From contig FLMG01004137.1 in the NCBI GenBank assembly GCA_900088475.1, forward strand, positions 62,001-126,000: 64,000 nucleotides of DNA, read 5' to 3'. A program made the position numbers and the translations under genes. This document shows, piece after piece, positions 12,873 through 24,955 of the stretch. This DNA comes from Hyphochytrium catenoides. Taxonomy: Eukaryota > Protista > Hyphochytriomycota. Numbering within the stretch: position 1 is the stretch's first letter; every line of letters starts with the position of its first letter. The notes beneath the pieces are model-generated. The model did no database searches, had not been told where the DNA came from, and was given only the letters and a program-made list of their open reading frames with translations.

Positions 12873-14447
12873 TTAGTCAAACTTCATCTTGTTCCCCTTG
12901 AACTCCTGAATGGCGCCTTTGTTCTTGTTGGGAGTTCCACCTCTTCCGCCACGTCCACCCCTTCCTCCTGGTCCACCGCGTCCTCTTCCGCCGCCACGTC
13001 CACCACCACGTCCGCCGCCACGTCCACCACCAAACCTATCTCCCCCACCAAACCTATCTCCTCCTCCACCTCCTGTGCGGGGTGTGGCGAAATCGATGCG
13101 AATGTCGCGGCCAAGAACCTTCCTCCCAGCGAGAGCGACAGCCTTATCCGTAGCCTCAGTCTCAGCAAAGTCGACATGACCAAATCCTCTAAAGTCGCCT
13201 GTGTTCTTGTCGGTGGCGAAGCGGACGCCAATTACCTCTCCGCATTCTGCAAAGAATTGACGCAGAGTATCTTCGTCAATGTTCCATGAGAGGTTGCCCA
13301 CAAAGACACTAGTGCAGCCCTCTGGTTTCTCTGTAGGCTCCCGCTTCTGCTGGGAAGCTTGCTTCCTTCCTGCAGAAAGCTCAATCTTCAGCCATCTGCT
13401 ACCCATTTCCTGTCCGTTCAGTGCCACACCGGCCTGAGCTGCCTCAGGGGTAGCAAACTGGACATAAGCAATGCCCATGGATTTGCCATCGGGCCGCGTA
13501 GGCTGGCTTACAGCCACAATCTCTCCGCATTCAGCAAAGAACTGACGAAGTTCATCCTCAGTGGCGCTCCATGGCAGACCTCCTACGAAAATCTCAGTGC
13601 CGTCTCCGCCCGCTTTTTGGAACTTTTCCTGGCTTTCAGCTGACTCCTCCGCCTTGCGCTTGTTGCTCTTAGCGGGCTTAGCAGTAGTCTCCTTCTCAGC
13701 CTCTGGCGACTTCTTCTCAGCCTCGCTCTCCTCTTCGTCATCAGAGCTCGAGTCTGAGTCACCAGATTCTTCAGCTGATTTCTTGACAGCCTCCTTTGTC
13801 TTGGAAGCCGGCTTTACTTCTTCCTCCTCGTCGCTTGAAGAGTCAGACGAATCAGAAGCTTCCTTAGCTGGCTGCTTGGCGGATGCCGCGGACTTTGCTT
13901 TGGGCTTTTCCTCCTCATCAGAGGAGTCATCACTAGATGAAGTTTCGTCCTCGGCCGAGGATGCTGCCTTCTTAGCCGGTGCGGCAGATGCTGCCTTCTT
14001 GGCCGGTGCAGCAGCCTTTGCTTTTGGCGCCTCCTTTTCGTCTTCACTGTCGCTACTGTCGCTGTCACTGCTGCTCTCCTTCTTTACCGGTGCCTGCTTC
14101 TTGGCAGAGGCCTGAGTCGCCTTCTGTTTAGGTGCCTCCTCCTCACTATCGCTGCTATCGCTGCTGTCACTGCTTTCAGCCTTCACGGGAGCTTTCTTGG
14201 CTGGCGTGGTCTTCTTCGTGGACGTTGCCTTTGGTGCTGGTTTCTCTTCTTCATCACTGCTATCGCTGCTGTCGCTGCTGCTCTCAGCAGGCTTCTGCTC
14301 TGCCTTCTTTTTGGCAGAAGGAGGAGCCTTGCCACCCTTTGCCTTTGCGATCTTTTTCTGGTTCTTCGCGACTACCTCCTCCTCACTGCTGCTGCTGCTG
14401 TCACTGGTTTCTTCATGCTTCCTCTTCATAGTGCTGACGGCCGCCAT
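12873..14447 (-). CDS. NSR1: Nucleolin-like protein (NSR1/Gar2 type): acidic/Ser repeats, 2 RRMs, RGG tail; CDS without introns
   Basis: Alternating SSDSSDS-E and KKA blocks. RRM RNP motifs IFVGGL/GIAYVQF and VFVGNL/RGFGHVDF. GAR domain, and C-terminus EFKGNKMKFD. Confidence 0.93.
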   Translation of the reverse strand: MAAVSTMKRKHEETSDSSSSSEEEVVAKNQKKIAKAKGGKAPPSAKKKAEQKPAESSSDSSDSSDEEEKPAPKATSTKKTTPAKKAPVKAESSDSSDSSDSEEEAPKQKATQASAKKQAPVKKESSSDSDSSDSEDEKEAPKAKAAAPAKKAASAAPAKKAASSAEDETSSSDDSSDEEEKPKAKSAASAKQPAKEASDSSDSSSDEEEEVKPASKTKEAVKKSAEESGDSDSSSDDEEESEAEKKSPEAEKETTAKPAKSNKRKAEESAESQEKFQKAGGDGTEIFVGGLPWSATEDELRQFFAECGEIVAVSQPTRPDGKSMGIAYVQFATPEAAQAGVALNGQEMGSRWLKIELSAGRKQASQQKREPTEKPEGCTSVFVGNLSWNIDEDTLRQFFAECGEVIGVRFATDKNTGDFRGFGHVDFAETEATDKAVALAGRKVLGRDIRIDFATPRTGGGGGDRFGGGDRFGGGRGGGRGGGRGGGRGRGGPGGRGGRGGRGGTPNKNKGAIQEFKGNKMKFD

Positions 14448-15547
14448 GGTTCTGTGAGCTGGATCTCCACGGAGGTAAGGTTGCAGGGGCTTCAAATTAC
14501 TTAGCTCTTGGAGTGGAGGTGGAGCTCACTGCGTAGAAGTGAGATAATGAGGTGACTCGGCGAAACGAAGCGACAGCGAGCAGCAGCACAGCTTTGCCTT
14601 TTGGTTGGTTGCCACGTCCCTTCCCCTTTATCGCCGCCTTCTTCGACCTTAGCAAACCGTGATGAGTTTGTAATCAAAGTGAGTCTGCGCTAGGTTTATT
14701 CGAAGGCCTATTGGGTCTGTGGGCTCCAAAGAGTGTGTGTTTGCTGGTCAGCCTGTGTCTGGCGATACAATCTCAGAACATGCTGCGAGCCTTGAGGTAT
14801 TACTATGATTGGGGTTAATCCTAGTTTCTTAGCGTTTCATGCTGTCCTTGCGATCAGAATCCAGCTCTTACTATTTTTCTCAACCTTTGACTGGACACTG
14901 GACCACATATCAAGCGGCGAACACGATCACTACTAGGGGTGTCGAAGGCTAACCCCTTTATCTCTCTTAGGCCTAGTCAAGGGGTGCCCTCGTACACCCA
15001 CCCGTACCCGATATCCTCTTTAGTAATGGTTGGAGGAGGGGAAAAACACAGACACGAATTGATTTATCAGCCCTACAGTAATCAAACCCTAAGTTACTGT
15101 CGTATTGCAGAAGCTAGCCGGTACCGTCCCAATGATTTTGGGGGCAGATCGGGTTATGGATTATGGAAGACTGAGGAAGAGGAGATGGAAGCTCTGTGGC
15201 TGCCCCTCCTCTCTCACCTTCCATAACAGGAAAATGTAGAGCACATTCCGGGCTCTACTTGTGGAGATTGGGGCTGTGGATATCGAAGGGCAGAGCGATC
15301 CTCCTAGAACGAAGGCATACAGACAGGGGACGGCGGAGCCTCACGTGACCGTAGAAACCTAAAAGAGCTCTTCATCATAGGCTCCATTGGCGGGAGGTAG
15401 CAACTGCGACCTCAGCTTACGGGAACATAGGCTATCCATCATTGCTAGAGAAGCGAACGGTCAGGAGAAGGGACATTAACGTAGTTTCTCATTCAAAGCG
15501 AGGCTAAGGGTTTCCGATAGATAGGTCGACTTCAACAGCTTGACAGC

Positions 15548-18500
15548 ATGGCATCGCAAGCGGAGGGTGATATGTACAGTTTTTTGGATGGCCATGATGA
15601 TGAAGTTGGAGCCTCTTCGCAGCAGGATGGCCGTTTCAACTTTCTAGAGTTTGACGCTTCAACCGGGCATTATGAGCCGTTTGCAGACTCAAAGATGGGT
15701 GACTTTGCCCTCCCTGGTGATGGGGCTAGCCTGCCCTCTGCATCCTGGAGTGAGAGCCAAGATTTTCTAGCCCAGAGTCAAACTGACATGCATTCACAGC
15801 TTTCTATGGCGCTTGATCACACCTCAGCGAAAGAGACTGGCTTGCAAGGACTACAAGGTTGGTCTTGACATTGGGCTTGTAAGGTTCACAATACTTCTGA
15901 CGTAACTTCTTCATAACCTTTATAGACTTTACGGATCAAGATCGCTCAGAGACGGGACATGAAGATGAGCTCGTGGGGGCGGCTGTTCAAGGATTGCAAA
16001 ATTTAAACTTTGAGGAGGTTCCACAAGATGACCCCGTCCTGCGCGAGCTTCCTGAGCATGCATGTCGCTATTGCGGCATCCACCATCCTGCCAGCGTAGT
16101 CCGCTGCAATCAGCCCAAATGCAAAAAGTGGTTTTGTAACTCGAGGGGCAACACAGCGGGCTCTCACATTATACAGCATTTAGTTAGGGCCAAACATCGA
16201 GAAGTCTGCCTTCACCCGGAGTCCCCACTAGGAGAGACAGTGTTAGAGTGTTATAATTGCGGTTGCCGCAATGTCTTCCTTCTTGGCTTTATTCCTGCCA
16301 AAGCCGACTCTGTTGTGGTGCTGCTATGTCGCGATCCTTGTTTACAGATGGGCGCTTTGAAGGATATGAACTGGGACTTATCACAATGGCTACCCCTTAT
16401 CAGTGATCGTGCCTTTCTCCCATGGCTGGTGAAGGTGCCGACCGAGCAGGAGCAACTTCGCGCCCGCCAAATCGTGGCTTCACAAATCAACAAACTGGAG
16501 GAGCTCTGGAAGGATAATCCGGATGCCACTTTGGAAGATCTAGAAAAGCCAGGTAATGGTCTTTCTTTCTTTTCTGACTACGAAGGAACTAGTGTCAATA
16601 GAGGTTAAGAGGAACTACGGAAGTCTGGGGTACCTTCAGTCGCGACGTAGGCTAGGGAGGCTGCTCGAGTGGGTACCGAGCTATTTGGACTGCTTACTTC
16701 AACAATTATTTGATGGATGCGAGATTATAACTAAGAAGGTATCACGATGATACAGGCATCGATGATGAGCCCAACCCAGTTCTCCTTCGGTATGAGGATG
16801 GCTACCAGTATCAAAATATATTTGGGCCTTTAGTTAAGATGGAAGCGGACTATGACAAGAAGCTAAAGGAGTCTCAAACACAAGAAGGCATTTCCATCCG
16901 GTGGGACGTTGGGCTAAACAAGAAGATTGTAGCCAACTTTAGCTTCAACAAGCCAGAGACCGAGCTCCGTCTGGTTCCTGGTGATGAGCTCCGTGTCAGG
17001 GTAGGAGCCGCCGCGAAGGCCCTATATGGCGTCACTTGGGAGTGTACTGGTCATGTGAGGAGTATTATCGACGGGGAAGTCACCCTTGAGCTGAGGAACT
17101 CCAATAAGGTGAGACTTGGATTTAGATTGTTATGAAAGGGTCTCGGTGAGCTAAATAGCCACCCGATAAAGGAGCCTTAGAAAGGAGAGAGAGAGGGAGA
17201 CCAAGTAGAAATAGTGGAAAGGTTGACAGCAAAAAGGTTTGCCTGGAGCTCTGGAGAAAGGAACAGAGGAACAGAGAGACCGGTGATCGATGAGGACAAC
17301 GAGACTGTATAAGGACGATTGTAATCATTGCAAAGCACCCGAGCCAGACTGTATAAGAACGGAAGGAGTAGAGATAAGCATTAAAAGCGTTCAGTTGACA
17401 GAGACGTCACGGTTATCGTGCATGCGGTAGGAAATCTAAAAAGATACTGATCTTCTTTCTTTGCAACAGGTTCCTACCGACATCAAGGATGGATACTGCG
17501 TGGATTTTGTTTGGAAGGCAACGTCATTTGACAGGATGCAGGCATCATTGAAGACCTTCGCTGTCGACGACACTTCTATCAGTGGCTACCTTTATCATAG
17601 GTCATGAAGATCTCTACCTTCAAGCATTACTTTTTCACCGTCCTTCTTGAATGCCGCTGGTCTTAGTACCACTCTTCTTTCTGATCCATTTCCCTGCAGG
17701 TTGCTAGGCCATGACGTCGAACAGCAAAACCTTCGCGTCTCGCTTCCGAAGCGCTATTCTGTGCCTGGGCTTCCTGAGCTAAACCACTCCCAGTTATCGG
17801 CTGTCAAGTCTGTTCTCCAGAAGCCCCTCAGTCTTATTCAGGGTCCTCCTGGTACAGGAAAGACGGTGACGTCCGCCTCCATAGTCTATCACCTTGCGAA
17901 GCAGAATGTTGGGCAAATTCTTGTCTGCGCTCCGAGTAACATCGCTGTGGACCAACTTACCGAAAAGATCCACAAGACGGGTTTGAAGGTATGGCTCTTT
18001 TTGCTTGTCCGTTGCGCTTAGTAGCATGTGATGGGTGCTGATTTCTCGTGCTCTCTCAATTGAAAGGTTGTTCGCCTGGCTGCCAAGAGTCGAGAGGCAG
18101 TTTCCTCCTCTGTAGACCATTTGACTCTCCATCATATGGTCCGACACCTCGGTGATGCGCCAGAGAAGGTCAGTGCTGAGCCTTCTTTAGGCCCTTGACG
18201 CTTATAGTGGAAAGTGGTGTTACTTACTCTCATATTTCCGGATATCTTTTTCTTTCGTAGGCAAGCCTTCATAAGCTCCAGCAGCTAAAGGATGAGCTCG
18301 GAGAGCTTTCAGCGTCTGATGAAAAGAAGTACAAGGAACTCAAGAGACAGACAGAGCGGGAGATTCTACAGGCAGCTGACGTTATCTGTACTACTGCTGT
18401 CGGAGCGGGTGACCGCAGGCTGGCCAACTTTAGGTGTGTCATCGAATTGAGAGAGTCCCATATGCGGGTGGATAGGAAGACTTTCGGATCATTATGCCTT

Positions 18501-20118
18501 ACCCGGTGCTCATGGCATGCTTTCGCGTCTTCCTCTTCTGGGGATAAGTCCTTATTCCCCCTCTTATGTTCCAGGCGAGCTTGTATTACTTCTACCTTTC
18601 TCATTATGACGTTGCTTCTTTCTGTTTAGGTTCCGTCAGGTCTTGATTGATGAGGCTACGCAAGCCACAGAACCCGAATGTTTGATCCCCATTGTTATGG
18701 GAGCCAAGCAGGTCATTCTTGTGGGCGATCACTGTCAGCTAGGCCCTGTTATCATGTACAAGAAGGCCGCCCAGGCTGGTTTGTCCCAGTCTCTCTTTGA
18801 ACGCCTCGTGCTACTTGGGGTGCGACCCATTCGCCTTCAAGTTCAGTACCGTATGCACCCCTGCCTGTCTGAGTTCCCATCCAACATGTTTTATGAGGGG
18901 ACGCTCCAAAATGGTGTTACTGCCATTGAGAGACAGATGAAGAATGTGGATTTTCCATGGCCCCTTCCAAGCAAGCCTATGTTTTTCTACATTTCTAATG
19001 GGGCTGAGGAGATTAGCTCTTCTGGCACTTCCTTCCTTAACAGGACTGAAGCCAGCAACTGTGAGAAGATCGTGACGCACTTTTTAAAGAGCGGCCTGAA
19101 CCCAGGACAGATTGGTGTTATTACGCCTTACGAGGGACAGAGGGCATATATTGTTAGCTACATGCAGAGAAATGGCCCTCTGAGAGCTCAGCTATATAAG
19201 GACGTTGAGGTGGCCAGCGTGGACGCTTTCCAGGGAAGAGAGAAAGACATCATCGTTGTGTCCTGCGTGCGCTCTAACGAGAACCAGGGTATTGGCTTCC
19301 TCAACGACCCTCGTCGCCTCAACGTGGCTCTTACTAGGGCCAAGTATGGGCTCATTTTGTTAGGAAACCCGAAGGTTCTGGCAAAGCAGCCACTCTGGAA
19401 CAGTCTCCTTGTGCACTTTAGAGAGAAGGAGGTGCTAGTAGAAGGCTCTCTAAACCACCTCACTCCGTCCATGATGGTTTTCCCTAAACCAAGGCGGTTC
19501 AGCAACTTCTCAGCCATCGCAGGGATGCCTCTGCCATACAAGGGCACGGGGAGCCGACCGGATGAGTACGGGGCAATGAGAGACGCTGGAAGGGGAGCTC
19601 AGCGCCAGCATGCTCCACTGGATAGCCGGTATGATCCAAGGTACAACCAGGCTGCCGCTGCCATGCCTCCCACTGTAGGACCAATTGAGCCACCTCACAC
19701 TAAATATGGTGCTCCTGGCGTGCCTCCGCCGGACCGATATTTCGGCGGTTTCCAGCACCTTCCACCACCACCTCCCATAGTCAGCGGCCATGGGGCCCCT
19801 AGCCGTGCCCCAGGCTATGGCGGCAGCCATGGGCGTCGCAATGGATATGGGCAACAAAATCAGCGGCCGTCTAGGTCTCGCAACGAGGATCCATTTTCTC
19901 AGGATCCGCTGACGCAGGGTCCACTCTCGCAGAATGGTTTGGGGTCTTCGTTCATGGGAGGAGAGGATACCCAACCCTTTAGCCAAGTGTCAGACAGAGG
20001 GCTTGGTGATATGCCGGGGCTCTCCCAGGATAGCTTCGGTGGCTTCAGTGACCATTTCCACTCTCAGAAGTCTCAGAATTTCCTGGATGACCGTAAGGAT
20101 GACCGAGGCTTTTATTAA
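15548..20118 (+). CDS. UPF1: Regulator of nonsense transcripts 1, SF1 RNA helicase; multi-exon
   Basis: CH domain ([31 protein letters not shown]), [13 protein letters not shown], Walker [43 protein letters not shown] and an SQ-rich tail. Confidence 0.98.
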
Positions 20119-21317
20119 TGTCGCTGGGCAAGCAATTTGACAGGGCGGACACGAGAAGTTCTCCTGAGTTCATGACGGAATTGAAGGACCAGAGTGAAGG
20201 CCGCGGGTTTCAGGTCGAAACGGTGCCGCGGTCGAGCTTCAAGAGTCTCAGTCTCGGTGGTGATCGCGGTTCCAAGGTGGGTGGTGATCGGCGTTAGTAG
20301 GCTCCATCTTCAGGACAGCTGAGGGCGGACTCTACGCCTATGTCACAGCTGGCTTATGTCCATTCGTAAATATGGACTTAGCTTATAAAGCGCATTTGAC
20401 GGTTATGAGAGAATGGGTGATGGGACGGCGAGGGAGGAGAGAGAGTTCCAAAGATGAGTGAAGTACTGGACTCCAGCAAGGACCGCATTGTAGCGGTCAC
20501 CATGTACGCTGGCCGTGATGCCTCTCCCCAAGGAGCCAGATCGACCTTTGGGTGAATTGAATGAGGCGTAGTAGATCAATAATGGTAAGGAGAGGCCTTG
20601 GCCTATAGGACCTAGTAGTAAAGGAATCTAGCTACACTACATGTTGTTGAGCGCATCAGTTACTTATTGCTTTTCCCTACGACAGTTTCAGCTCTGTCAG
20701 CTCACATCTTGAGATCCCTGATCAACATTGTCTCTTGACCTCTGGCTCTCGCGTCAGAACCTTTCCCAGCGAGCTTGAGCCTTCCCCTTCCCCCACTCCA
20801 CATACACCTGGTTAACTAGACTTCTATATACTCAAGCCTTTCGTGCCAGATGGTAGTGAGTCTCCCTCAAAGGTGGCAAAGGTGATGGGTGTCAAGCCGG
20901 CGATGCAGATGTGAGAAGGCGATAGAGCACTGTGATGTCTCGAAAGGCCACACAGAGACCAAAAGGCAGGCAATGTACCTTGAGGGAGGAGCTCCCTCCA
21001 CCAGAGCGCTGACAAGCCGACCCTCTAGGGCATCCTCTCCCTACTTTATCGCTCACCCACTGCCAAGCACTGACCCTTATAGACATACTCTTGAAGTTTA
21101 GATTACCCACACTCCGCGCACCCTCATAAAGTGAGGGTCATCCCCTCTATAATTACATGGGTGACAATCTCCTCCCCTCCGAGGTACAGACGTCGAACGC
21201 GCAGCTTCCACCCTATCAGCGCGCATCTTGAAGCTCTGACCCAATCACCAGCCGATGAGGTTGAACACGGCCACCACCGCCGGTCACCATCACCTGTCTG
21301 CAGCCAACATGCTAGAC

Positions 21318-21367
21318 TTGCTCGGCTCTCCTTGCTTCCTTGTTGCTCGGCTCTCCTTGCTTCCTTG
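21318..21367. repeat. Perfect 25-bp tandem duplication (pyrimidine-rich) upstream of SCOT
   Basis: ttgctcggctctccttgcttccttg occurs twice in tandem and is immediately followed by tag. Confidence 0.92.
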
Positions 21368-21397
21368 TAGGATAACGAAGTAGAGTTCCTCTTTGTA

Positions 21398-21517
21398 AGC
21401 TCTTTATCAGCCCATTAGCCAACCTCCCGCCCAGTCCTCACCTCGATAAACCAAGGAAGGGTTGATAAAGAGCTCTGTCAAGCTTTGCCCTACCAACTTC
21501 TGTCCTGATTGACAGAG
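21398..21517 (+). promoter_or_regulatory. Two inverted repeats in the SCOT 5' leader: a 16-bp stem (21398-21413 / 21459-21474) and a 9-bp stem (21473-21481 / 21509-21517)
   Basis: agctctttatcagccc pairs with gggttgataaagagct (one G-U pair), and ctctgtcaa pairs with ttgacagag. The regulatory role is inferred. Confidence 0.6.
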
Positions 21518-21519
21518 GA

Positions 21520-24500
21520 ATGGCGTCTCTTCTGGCCTGTAGACGATTGATAAGGATCTCGTCCGCTCCTCTGGTAAGAGTTCTTACCATAGTTTCATCC
21601 TAACAGCACCAGGACACCGATCACCTTTCTTCTCCCCATCCCCACAGAGCTTTCTACTCAGAAACGGGTCCACCTACAGTAAAGTGTTCACCTCTGCTGC
21701 TGAGGCTGTCAAAGACATTCCCTCGGGATCGAAGCTGTAAGCCATTCGCCAGATTTGCTCATAGACTCTGCATCCTCTAACCTCACCGCTTCGCACACAT
21801 ACCGTCCGTGGTGTGTATGACCAACCCTGCTCCTTTCCCGCGCTCCTTCCCCACCGACCCTTGCTTGCTCTATCCATGTCCTCTGTCAATCTTTGCCCTA
21901 CCAACTTCTGTCCTGCACCAGGCTAGTCGGAGGTTTTGGTCTATGTGGTATTCCTGAAAACCTGATCAATGCTCTACGAGACCAAGGCACCAAAGATCTC
22001 ACCTGTGTCTCTAACAATGCTGGAGTCGATGACTTTGGCTTGGGCCTCTTGCTCCAAACTCGACAGGTAAGTAGGAGACTTGCATGAGCAAGGCAGAGCA
22101 TTGTATCAGGACCTTTCTTGCTGGAGACTTTCAGAAATTGAATCATTCATCCGGTCTCGTGCTCTCACTTGGACGCCTAGATCTTTTGGCCCACCCTCCT
22201 GTGTAAATCATCTCTCCTTTCTTGCTGCTTGTCTAGGTCCTGCTTACCTCTTCCGTCGCAGGTCAAGCGCATGATCTCCTCCTACGTAGGAGAGAATGCA
22301 CTCTTTGAAAAACAGTACCTATCCGGCGAGCTGGAGGTTGAGCTCACTCCTCAGGTACTTCCGTCTGTTAAATGAATCCTCTTGTTTTATGCCTTGTCTT
22401 TCTCAGCTTATCTCTTGTCCCCTCCCTTTCCTATTCAAGTCCGCCTAACCACAGCGAATACTTAGGGCACTTTGGCTGAGAGAATGCGTGCTGGAGGAGC
22501 TGGAATCCCAGCTTTCTTTACCCCTACAGCCTATGGCACTATTATACAGGTGATACGGCAGTGCGATGAGCACACCTTTGTCCACTCGGGATCCCCGCAG
22601 TCTTGTGTTTACTTTCCTTAGGGGATACCGCCTATTTGCTGAGCGTTATGTCCACAGCGTCGGCGTGCTTCTCCTTACTTACGTTCGTCCTCGTTCTTGC
22701 AGGAAGGAGGATTTCCCATCAAGTACAACCCTGATGGAACTGTAGCCATTAGAAGCCAGCCAAGGGAAGTTAGAGAGTTCAATGGCCGACAATATGTCAT
22801 GGAGGAAGCCATTACTGGAGACTTCGCCCTCGTTAAGGCATGGAAAGGAGACAAAAGAGGAAATCTCGTCTTCAGACATACAGCCATGAACTTTAACCCT
22901 GAGGTTGCCAAAGCAGGGCGAATCACTATAGCTGAGGTAACTTTGGCATTGAACAAGGGCGATGGGTGACGGCAGGGAGGGGTCGACCTATATGAGCTGG
23001 AGCTAGGATTTGACAGCTATGGTGTGACAACAACACCATTGCTCTGAGGACTAACAAGGAGATGGTTGACTATGGTACTCATATGTACGTGGTCGGGAAT
23101 AGCCAGATAAGAGGGAGAGGGAACGGGGGGGGCGGGGGGGGCTACCAGGGCTATAGAAGCAAAAGAGCGTAGCGTCTAACAAATGGGTACGTGCGTTTGT
23201 GTCAGGTGGAAGAGTTAGTAGAGGTTGGCGAGCTTCACCCAGGTAAGCGTTCACACTATATTGGAGATATGATGAGAGCTCGACAGTCATCTCACGCTAC
23301 GTTCGCTTTCCCGCATGCTAACGTAGATGACGTCCATGTTCCTGGCATCTATGTCGATAGGATCATACAGGGCAGTCGCTATGAGAAGAGAATAGAGAAA
23401 AGAACAGTTGATGATGGCAAGCCGGTTAGTGGAGTTTCTTGAATTCCAATCTACCTCGGGGCACTACTTAACACTTATCACTGCTCCAGAGCGTAGCTAA
23501 GATTAATCCAGCCAGAGAGAGGATCATTAGAAGAGCTGCGAAGGAGCTTAAGGTACATCCTCTTACATTAATTTATCACGCAATATCTCTTTCGTTCCTC
23601 TCGCTTCCATCTGGAGGGGTCGAGTTCTTGTCAAAGTTTTCTTACTGGTAACCTTCCCGACCACATACCAGGATTTGTTGGCGGAGCTACTGTTTTACTG
23701 CCTGTTAATCCCCTCATCTCCCGCCTTCTCAACTCCAGGATGGAATGTATGTCAACCTGGGAATCGGACTCCCAACCCTAGCCAGCAACTACCTGCCCGA
23801 AGGTGTGCATGTAGACTTGCAGAGCGAGAATGGACTTCTGGGAATGGGACCCTTCCCAAAACCGGAGGAGGTAGATCCGGACCTCATCAATGCCGGTAGG
23901 AACTGCAAGGGTTAGCTCCCTGGCGTTATTTTATCGTCCATGAGTTACCGCAAATACTCTTGGGTCCTTGCCTCTCTTCCCCTTCGGGTAGCACCATTCT
24001 TTGTTTAGCACTTCCTTCTGGGTAGAGATGACCTTAAGTTATCGGTAGTAATATCTCTTTCTCCAGGGAAGCAAACGGTGACTTTCCTGCCTGGATCCTC
24101 AATCTTCTCGTCCTCTGAGTCCTTCGCTATGATTCGCGGTGGGCATGTACATATCACAATTCTTGGCGCCCTGGAGGTAGCAGAGAACGGAGACCTAGCT
24201 AACTGGATAATACCAGGTCGGAGGCAGCGCCTGTCCTTCTCGCTTGCTTTAGTTTTTATTGTCCTAGCGTGCAACCCCAAACTAGGAATTTCCTTCTCGT
24301 CCTCTTAAAAAGCTAGGGTAGGGCTTGGGATCTTCAGCCCTTTCTGATTGAACCCCTTGAGAGCTAATGCCTTCTACCCGTTATTACTTCCGTTGTGTTT
24401 GTCTAACTCCTGGTTCTACGCAGGCAAGATGGTGAAGGGAATGGGCGGAGCTATGGACTTGCTTGGGTCAGGCAATAGGGTGGTAGTCACTATGGAGCAC

Positions 24501-24955
24501 ACCGCCAAGGGTCGGCCAAAACTTCTAGAGAAATGTTCTCTTCCTCTGACGGGGAAGGCAGTAGTGGACACTGTTATCACCGAACTGGTAAGTTCCATTT
24601 CTAGTCCATTGCGAAGAAGAGAGACTGAGTGGGAGAGGCGCAAGTATGTGATGGGTGCTGGCGACCTTTCAAGGAGCTAGTGTTAGCGGAGAGAAAAGTT
24701 GAGGTCATGAGGAAGTCTGGCCGAAAAGGTCCATGCTCGAAAGAGGGAAGGGGACGAGAGAAGATATTGCAGGACTAAAGACGCTGTGAGATCTCGGTCA
24801 AACTAAGTCGGGCTTTGCAGGGTGTTTTCGACATTGACAAAGAGCGGCGCAAGATGGTGCTCGTAGAAATTGCGCCAGATACTTCAGTGGAGGAGGTCAG
24901 AGCCGCAACGGGATGCCAGTTTGAGGTGTCGCCGTCGCTCAAGTCCATGGAGTAG
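21520..24955 (+). CDS. OXCT1: Succinyl-CoA:3-oxoacid CoA-transferase (SCOT), mitochondrial; many introns
   Basis: [57 protein letters not shown], catalytic [23 protein letters not shown]. The Arg-rich N-terminus resembles a mitochondrial presequence. Confidence 0.97.

Noticed and set aside
12884-14457. Multiple antisense and alternative-frame ORFs over nucleolin
   Set aside because: These are shadow ORFs caused by low-complexity coding sequence.
14660-14800. GTGATGA box C suggesting a C/D snoRNA near nucleolin
   Set aside because: There is no matching CTGA box D or terminal stem at a suitable distance.
15084-15092. AAACCCTAA telo-box-like motif between nucleolin and UPF1
   Set aside because: A single 9-mer is compatible with chance, and its function is established mainly in plants.
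17301-17360. Short repeat agactgtataag twice in a UPF1 intron
   Set aside because: It is only about 12-16 bp, with no TIR or TSD structure.
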